Shown here: positions 58,128-64,000 of the stretch, in pieces
How positions within the stretch are numbered: the stretch's first letter is position 1
Layout of the letters: each line of letters opens with the position of its first letter
Source of the DNA: Verrucomicrobiales bacterium
GTDB lineage: Bacteria > Verrucomicrobiota > Verrucomicrobiia > Verrucomicrobiales > DEV007
Assembly (NCBI GenBank): GCA_029213195.1
Contig: JARGNI010000012.1
Span: 29,254-93,253, forward strand
DNA length: 64,000 nucleotides
Reading direction: 5' to 3'
Program-made: the position numbers and the translations under genes
Notes under the pieces: generated by a model
The model's database searches: none
Seen by the model: the letters and a program-made list of their open reading frames with translations, nothing else
Told to the model about the DNA's origin: nothing

Positions 58128-59240
58128 ATGTACTTCGGCATCCTTTCACATCCGTCTCTCCTTCTTGGAGCCTTCTGGTTCATGGGTTCCGCTCTTTCTC
58201 AGGCGCAAACCGAAAACCTGGATACCCTCGTCGCGAAACACCTCGCGGAGAATCCCGCGCTTCCTTCTCTCGCTGCCGTCGTGATTGTCGATGGGGAATT
58301 GCGAGGCCAGGGAGTAGCCGGTGTTCGCAAACGCGGCAGTGAAGAGAAGGTCACGATCGCAGACCAGTATCATATCGGGTCCTGTACGAAAGCCTTCACC
58401 GCAACCCTGGCCGCTCGGCTCGTCGAAGAGGGCCTTTTGACCTGGGAAACTACGATCGGAGAATCGCTTTCAGACTGGAAACCCGATCCGAAAATCGAGC
58501 CAGCGACCCTGCACCAGCTCCTGACCAATACGGGCGGCTTCCCCAAAGACGTCCCCGGTCCGATCTGGAGAGCGGCATGGCAGGCGGAGGGGGACCCTCG
58601 CACCCAACGAATCGCCTTCGCGCAAGCGATGCTGAAGAACCCTGCCTTCGCCCCGGGGAAACGCTACGAATACTCCAACACGGGTTTCGCCCTGGCCGGG
58701 ATCATGATGGAAGAAGCCGCAGACCAGAGCTGGGAAGAACTTGTCGAAGAGAAGATCTTTCGGCCCCTGAAGATGAAGTCCGCAGGTTTCTATGCTCCCG
58801 CAGAAGATCCGGAGACCCTCGATCAACCCTGGGGACATCGGAACGACGGAACCCCCGTTCCACCTGGGCCAGGATCCGACAATCCGGCAGCGATTGCTCC
58901 GGCCGGCGCGATCCACTGCGCCCTTCCTGACCTCGCTCCCTGGCTCCAAATGCACCTCCACGCGGAAACCGGCCCGGTTCTGCAGGATGCGGAAAGCTTC
59001 GAGAAACTTCATACGCCCGTCATGGAAGACTACGCGATGGGATGGGTCGTTCTCTCCCGCCCCTGGGCCGGAGGCAAGGCGCTCCACCACATGGGGTCGA
59101 ACATGATGTTCACCATGGTGATCTGGCTGGCCCCGGAGAAAGACTTTGCCGCGGTCGTCGCCACCAATATCGGACACGAAGTCGGATTTCTGCCCTGTGA
59201 CGGGTTGATCGGGAAGCTGATTCAAACGTATCTCCCCTAG
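58128..59240 (+). CDS. Secreted serine hydrolase, class C beta-lactamase-like family
   Basis: IGSCTK (SxxK), LLTNTGG, YEYSN.GF, PAGAI, HMGS. Confidence 0.9.
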   Translation: MYFGILSHPSLLLGAFWFMGSALSQAQTENLDTLVAKHLAENPALPSLAAVVIVDGELRGQGVAGVRKRGSEEKVTIADQYHIGSCTKAFTATLAARLVEEGLLTWETTIGESLSDWKPDPKIEPATLHQLLTNTGGFPKDVPGPIWRAAWQAEGDPRTQRIAFAQAMLKNPAFAPGKRYEYSNTGFALAGIMMEEAADQSWEELVEEKIFRPLKMKSAGFYAPAEDPETLDQPWGHRNDGTPVPPGPGSDNPAAIAPAGAIHCALPDLAPWLQMHLHAETGPVLQDAESFEKLHTPVMEDYAMGWVVLSRPWAGGKALHHMGSNMMFTMVIWLAPEKDFAAVVATNIGHEVGFLPCDGLIGKLIQTYLP

Positions 59241-59246
59241 ATCATC

Positions 59247-61490
59247 ATGATTCGAACTTTTCTCTACGTTGCTGCGCTCTCCCTCTCCTGTCTCATCGCG
59301 GAAGAGCGCGCCCCATGGACGACGTCGCAGATCTCCGGCTCTCCGGTTCCTCCCAAGCCCTATCGAGCCGAAGTTCTCTGGCCCGAGATCACCTTCGATC
59401 GTGCCTGCGACATCGCTCGACTTCCCTCCCGCGATTGCCTTCTCATCACCCAACAAAAGGGCAAGATCTGGATCCTCCCCGATGATCTGACAACGACTTC
59501 TCCCGAGAAGAAACTGTTCGCTGATTTCGCCGTCTCTCACGATCCCTTCGATTCGGTTTTCTCGCTCGCTTTCCATCCCGATTTCGAAAGGAATCGCGAG
59601 GTCTATCTCTTCTACCGAACCTCGGGAAAACCCCTCGACGATGGCACCCGCATCTCGCGATTCCGCGTCTTTCCCGATCGCTTCGAACTGGATCCTGGGA
59701 CCGAGGAAATCCTCCTCACGTTTCGCTCGGGAGGACACAACGGAGGGCACCTCGGTTTCGGGCCTGACGGCATGCTCTACATTCTGACCGGAGACTCCGA
59801 GGTCCCCTCTCCTCCCGATCCGCTTCTGACGGGGCAGGATCTCACGGACCTGCTCTCCAGCGTTCTCCGTATCGATGTGAACCGTCGGGAGTCAGGCAAG
59901 ACCTACGCCATTCCGGAAGACAATCCTTTTCTCGAAGTCCCCGATGCCCGTCCCGAGATCTGGGCCTACGGATTGCGGAATCCCTGGAAGCTCTGCTTTC
60001 ATCCCGAGACCGGGGATCTCTGGGTCGGCGATGTTGGCTGGGAACTCTGGGAAATGCTCTACCGTGTCGAGCGGGGTTCGAACTTCGGGTGGTCCATCAT
60101 CGAAGGCGTGCAACCCATTCTCGCCAACCAGAATCCCGGTCCTTCTCCGATCTCTCCTGCGGCGGTACTGCATCCTCACACCGAATTTGCCTCGATCACT
60201 GGTGGCTACGTCTACGAAGGAAATCGCCTCCCCGACCTCGAGGGGCGATATCTCTATGGAGACTTTGTCACCGGGCAACTCTGGGGCCTGCAGCTCGACG
60301 GAAGCGAAGTCGTGGGAAAGGACTTTCTCGCCGACACCCGGCTCCAGATCGTGTCGTTCGGTCAGGCTGCGAACGGCGAGGTGATCTTTCTCGACTGGCC
60401 TACCGACCAGCATCTCTACCGTCTCGTCCCCAACACGGTGGAAGATCTCTCGAACGAGTTTCCCACGACCTTGAGCGAGACCGGTCTCTTCTCGAAGCTG
60501 GAGAGTCAGGAACCGAGCCCAGGAGTCTACGCGTTTTCGATCCAGGGAGAAATGTGGCACGACGGAGCGGAGGCGAAACGCTGGATAGCGATCCCGGGCG
60601 AGGAGACCCTCTCCGCCAATCGCAGCCCGTTCGCGATCGTCCCGGAAGATACCGTTCTCGCCAAAACCCTGGAGCGAGACGGACGGAAACTGGAAACCCA
60701 GATCCTCCATTACTCACAGAAGCAATGGCAGGGTTATTCCTATCGATGGAACGAAGAACAAACCGATGCCGAGTTGGTCAAGGCCGAGGGAGAGACCGTC
60801 GAGATCGATGGAAAGCCGTGGACGTTTCACAGCCGAACCGATTGCGCTCGTTGTCACAATGTAGGCTCGGACTTCCGCCTTGCCTTTCATCCCGGACAGT
60901 TGAATCGGGACGGGCAGCTGCAGCGTTTTCAGCGACTCGGACTGATCGATGAAGCCTTCGCCGAGAAAGTCGAGAAACAGCCGACCGCGGACCCAACCAA
61001 CCCGGCAGCTCCGATCGATCTCCGAGCGCGAACCTGGCTCTCGGCCAACTGCGCGCACTGTCATCGGAACCGTGGAGGAGGCTCAGTCGCGTTGCAGATG
61101 AACCTCGAAGCGCAATTGGAAGCAACCGGTCTCTTTGATGCGGTGCCTGAGAAAGGGACCTTTGGGATTCCCGAGGCGAAACTCCTCCTCCCCGGAGATC
61201 CGTATCGCTCGATGCTCTACTACCGATCGGTGACCCCGGGAATCGGACACATGCCGATGATCGGAGCCCGCACCGTCGATCCGACCGGCGAAATCGTGCT
61301 TCACGACTGGATCGCCTCGCTCGAAACAGTCTCGCCTCCCGAACCGGGTATCGACGATCTTCCCTCGGCCCTCCGATTGGTCCATCTCCTGCGCGCCAGG
61401 AAAATCACAGGAGCGGAAGCGACGGAATGGCTGGCCAAGGGAAAGGCCTCACCCAATCCCATGATCTCGGGTTTGTTCCAGGACCTGTAG
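59247..61490 (+). CDS. PQQ-dependent glucose/sorbosone dehydrogenase-like propeller fused to a diheme cytochrome c domain
   Basis: HNGG.LGFGPDG.LY, EIWAYGLRNPW, DVGW...E, SITGG.VY; two CxxCH motifs (CARCH, CAHCH); HMP.IG. Confidence 0.88.
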   Translation: MIRTFLYVAALSLSCLIAEERAPWTTSQISGSPVPPKPYRAEVLWPEITFDRACDIARLPSRDCLLITQQKGKIWILPDDLTTTSPEKKLFADFAVSHDPFDSVFSLAFHPDFERNREVYLFYRTSGKPLDDGTRISRFRVFPDRFELDPGTEEILLTFRSGGHNGGHLGFGPDGMLYILTGDSEVPSPPDPLLTGQDLTDLLSSVLRIDVNRRESGKTYAIPEDNPFLEVPDARPEIWAYGLRNPWKLCFHPETGDLWVGDVGWELWEMLYRVERGSNFGWSIIEGVQPILANQNPGPSPISPAAVLHPHTEFASITGGYVYEGNRLPDLEGRYLYGDFVTGQLWGLQLDGSEVVGKDFLADTRLQIVSFGQAANGEVIFLDWPTDQHLYRLVPNTVEDLSNEFPTTLSETGLFSKLESQEPSPGVYAFSIQGEMWHDGAEAKRWIAIPGEETLSANRSPFAIVPEDTVLAKTLERDGRKLETQILHYSQKQWQGYSYRWNEEQTDAELVKAEGETVEIDGKPWTFHSRTDCARCHNVGSDFRLAFHPGQLNRDGQLQRFQRLGLIDEAFAEKVEKQPTADPTNPAAPIDLRARTWLSANCAHCHRNRGGGSVALQMNLEAQLEATGLFDAVPEKGTFGIPEAKLLLPGDPYRSMLYYRSVTPGIGHMPMIGARTVDPTGEIVLHDWIASLETVSPPEPGIDDLPSALRLVHLLRARKITGAEATEWLAKGKASPNPMISGLFQDL

Positions 61491-61580
61491 AGGAAGCGGC
61501 CACGCTTCGGCGTTCTCGCAGTCCCGCTCTCGGAACGGTGGCCCGTTCCGCTACAGGGGAGAACTCTCGGGGCCTTCCTC

Positions 61581-61668
61581 TTTTTCCTTATCCTGCTCCT
61601 TTTCCTTTTCTCCCCAGAAACCCAGCTCACCAACCGGGAAAAAGAAAAAGAGTAGGAAAAGGAAAAGG
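61581..61668. repeat. Polypyrimidine/polypurine imperfect inverted repeat (about 33-nt arms, 20-nt loop)
   Basis: Left arm tttttccttatcctgctccttttccttttctcccc; right arm gggaaaaagaaaaagagtaggaaaaggaaaagg; about 25 of 30 positions complementary. Confidence 0.7.
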
Positions 61669-61752
61669 TCTCGTGCGACGGACGAGCTCGAATCCGCCCC
61701 CTCGATTGATTCCGTAACTTGCGAATCTCCCGTGTATCCATTTATCTACCGC

Positions 61753-62133
61753 ATGATCAAATTTCTCCACACCCGAATCCGTGTCAGCGATCTCGAAGCC
61801 ACGATTTCCTTTTACGAGAAACTGGGATTCACCCTGACTCGTCGCACCGACAAGTCACCCGCAGGCAACCAGCTCGCCTTTCTCGAACTGGAAGGAAACG
61901 ATCACTTTCTCGAGCTCTGCTACTCCCCCGACTTCAAAGTCGAGTTCCCCGAAGATCTCATGCATACCGCGGTCGGGGTCGAGGACATCATGAGCTACTG
62001 CGATCAGCTCGAGAAAGACGGGATCGAGATCTGGCCCGAGGACTGGCGCGAAGCCTTTCCTTCCGGGGACAAGTCCAAAATGGCCTTCGTCACCGATCCC
62101 GATGGCTACGAAGTTGAGATTCTGGAGCGTTGA
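61753..62133 (+). CDS. VOC/glyoxalase family protein (lactoylglutathione-lyase-like)
   Basis: FLHTRIRVSDLE..I.FY, LELCY, MHTAVGV, AFVTDPDGYEVEILE. Confidence 0.88.
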   Translation: MIKFLHTRIRVSDLEATISFYEKLGFTLTRRTDKSPAGNQLAFLELEGNDHFLELCYSPDFKVEFPEDLMHTAVGVEDIMSYCDQLEKDGIEIWPEDWREAFPSGDKSKMAFVTDPDGYEVEILER

Positions 62134-62147
62134 TCAGCAAACCTGAC

Positions 62148-62198
62148 TATCAATTTTGATAACTTTTTAAATTTAATTAAATAAATTTGCGAAAAGTT
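62148..62198. promoter_or_regulatory. Very AT-rich promoter region with nested palindromes upstream of the amidase gene
   Basis: TATCAA-TT-TTGATA (62148-62161), ATTTAATTAAAT (62171-62182), AACTTTT...AAAAGTT (62161-62198). Confidence 0.5.
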
Positions 62199-62243
62199 TT
62201 TTGTGGCGCTATTTTTTTGGTCTCACCATCGTTTTGAGTTCAG

Positions 62244-63056
62244 ATGAAATTGCTCCTTCCTACGATCCTTACCGTTCTTTCCGCTGGGGTATTCTTCACC
62301 TTCACCGGATGCAACTCCCTCGAATCCAGCTCCAGCAAGGGACAGCTCTGGGAGCGTGAACTGGGTGCCGTAGCGAACACTCCCGAGGACCCCAACGATC
62401 TGCACAAGCAGCTCAATCTCAAGGTGGACCTGATCCCCAAGGGAAAATACGGTCGTCGCATCGAGCGCCCTCTCACGCCTCGGTATATCACGATCCACAG
62501 CACCCAGAATCCCACCGGAGACGCCTACGCCCACGCCAAGGCGCTCAAACGTGGCGCCCTGCGAGGAGGAGTCGTCGGCTATCTCTGCTGGCATTTCACG
62601 GTTCAGGACGACGCCGTCATCCAGCACATCCCGACCGATGAGCGAGGAGAGCACGCCGATTTCGACGGACCTGGAAATCGCTACTCCATCGGAATCGAGA
62701 TGTGTGAACACCAGGGCAACAATCAACTCAAGACCATGGATCGGACCGCGAAGTTGGCCGCCTCCCTGATGTATCATCACAAGATTCCGATCGAGAACAT
62801 CCGCGCTCACTACCACTGGCCACGGGCAGGATACTCGACACCCAACAAGAACTGCCCCCACTTTCTCCTCGAGAATGGACGGCCCGGAGGCACCTGGAGC
62901 TGGTTCGTGGGACGCATCAATCGCCATCACCAGCGACTCGTCGCGCATGATGAAGCACTCCAGCAGGAAGAACAGCAGCGACGTGAGGAAGAGCGGAGAC
63001 GCGAGATGGTCTTCCAGATCTGGGACCGTTTTACCGGATTCTTCCGGATCGGTTGA
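62244..63056 (+). CDS. N-acetylmuramoyl-L-alanine amidase (Amidase_2) lipoprotein
   Basis: Lipobox-like FTGC; ITIHST, WHFTV, HA, SIGIEM, HYHW, KNCP zinc-amidase motifs; charged helical C-terminal tail. Confidence 0.88.
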   Translation: MKLLLPTILTVLSAGVFFTFTGCNSLESSSSKGQLWERELGAVANTPEDPNDLHKQLNLKVDLIPKGKYGRRIERPLTPRYITIHSTQNPTGDAYAHAKALKRGALRGGVVGYLCWHFTVQDDAVIQHIPTDERGEHADFDGPGNRYSIGIEMCEHQGNNQLKTMDRTAKLAASLMYHHKIPIENIRAHYHWPRAGYSTPNKNCPHFLLENGRPGGTWSWFVGRINRHHQRLVAHDEALQQEEQQRREEERRREMVFQIWDRFTGFFRIG

Positions 63057-63137
63057 TCTCGATTTTCGTAGCGTGGCCGCGTTCCTTGCGTTTGGATCGA
63101 GCTGCCGTATCGTCCCCGCAAGTCACCCCATCGACCT

Positions 63138-63866
63138 ATGATCACGCGCACGTTTCTCAGTCTCGCTGGCCTTCTCCTCTTCTCGACCCTGCTCCCGAGC
63201 GAGTCACAAGCCGCGCTCGATCCCAACGACGAGTACATCATCGTCTCGGGAGGTCCGGCCTTACGCTATTGGGAGAACTACCGCAAGGAGGCCCACCGTC
63301 ACGATCAATGGTGGGGCAATTTCATCCGCACCGCCCGCATCCGCGTGCAGCAGTTGCAGAAAGCAACTGACGGCAAGATCAACATCACCTGGCTTGTCTA
63401 TCGCGACGGCTATGAGACCCGGGCCACCGAGGATGGGGACCCCCTCATTTCCCACATCGAGAGCGTGCGGGACAAATACAATATCAAGCTGGTCTGGTTC
63501 AACCGAACCGACGAGCTTATCAACTACATCAACTCGGGCCAGGACCGCCGGAAAGTGAAGGTGTCTGGTTTCGAATACTTCGGCCACTCCAACAAGTATT
63601 GCTTCGTCTTCGACTACAGCAATGCGATCCTCGGCGCCTCCAAGGTCTTCCTCCACCAGAGTGACCTCAAGCGGCTCGACCGCAAGGCTTTCGCGCGGGG
63701 AGCCTACTGCAAGAGCTGGGGGTGTCACAGTGGCGAGTCCTTCTGCCAGGAGTTTCGCAAGCAGACCGGGATCAAGATGATCGGGGCCATTGGAAAGACG
63801 GACTACTCCGACACCTGGAGGCTGATCCTGCCCTACATTTCGTCCGGCGGCCGCTGGACGAGCTGA
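63138..63866 (+). CDS. Secreted hypothetical protein with a putative caspase-like (clan CD) His/Cys dyad
   Basis: Signal peptide; YIIVSGG first strand; FEYFGHS and YCKSWGCHSG with the His and Cys 46 residues apart. Confidence 0.7.
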   Translation: MITRTFLSLAGLLLFSTLLPSESQAALDPNDEYIIVSGGPALRYWENYRKEAHRHDQWWGNFIRTARIRVQQLQKATDGKINITWLVYRDGYETRATEDGDPLISHIESVRDKYNIKLVWFNRTDELINYINSGQDRRKVKVSGFEYFGHSNKYCFVFDYSNAILGASKVFLHQSDLKRLDRKAFARGAYCKSWGCHSGESFCQEFRKQTGIKMIGAIGKTDYSDTWRLILPYISSGGRWTS

Positions 63867-64000
63867 CCTCTCGCCCCCCGGCTCGGCGCTCCCGAAGCTG
63901 GGTGTCCGGAAACGATTTCGTGAAGAAATAGGTGAAATTCGGCCGTTTCGTGGTCCTTTTTCCCCTCCACACCACCCTTTTCCCTGTCTCCGACGATGCA

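Overview
64 kb of ordinary-looking, GC-rich bacterial chromosome, most likely from a Verrucomicrobiota organism (inferred from the four-gene Verru_Chthon pilin-like cassette, tandem pilT genes, several sulfatases, and DUF1080, ThuA and PQQ-propeller proteins). About 48 genes plus one tRNA-Thr(TGT). Housekeeping genes: murI, uppS, purA, carA, monomeric icd, type II ndh. Other modules: a seven-subunit Mrp Na+/H+ antiporter operon whose fused mrpAB gene carries a frameshift near 20,220, a divergent wHTH regulator plus bacterial voltage-gated Na+ channel, a YeeE/YedE pair, an AraC-controlled three-gene catabolic operon, and an adaptor-RND-P1B-5 ATPase operon. No CRISPR array, rRNA, integrase or transposase was seen. 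Best candidates for undescribed biology: (i) a secreted protein with a caspase-like His/Cys dyad next to a peptidoglycan amidase lipoprotein; (ii) a stand-alone wHTH + HrgA/COG2958-like nuclease-fold protein with altered catalytic residues; (iii) the non-CusA RND pump coupled to a P1B-5 ATPase behind a palindromic operator; (iv) a YdjY-like / QW-repeat barrel secreted pair; (v) several non-coding patterns, including four 11-bp-phased TGTCA boxes and a 3x17-bp tandem array. All family calls come from motif recognition by eye, not database searches. Start codons were trimmed by judgement where the ORF track was over-extended.
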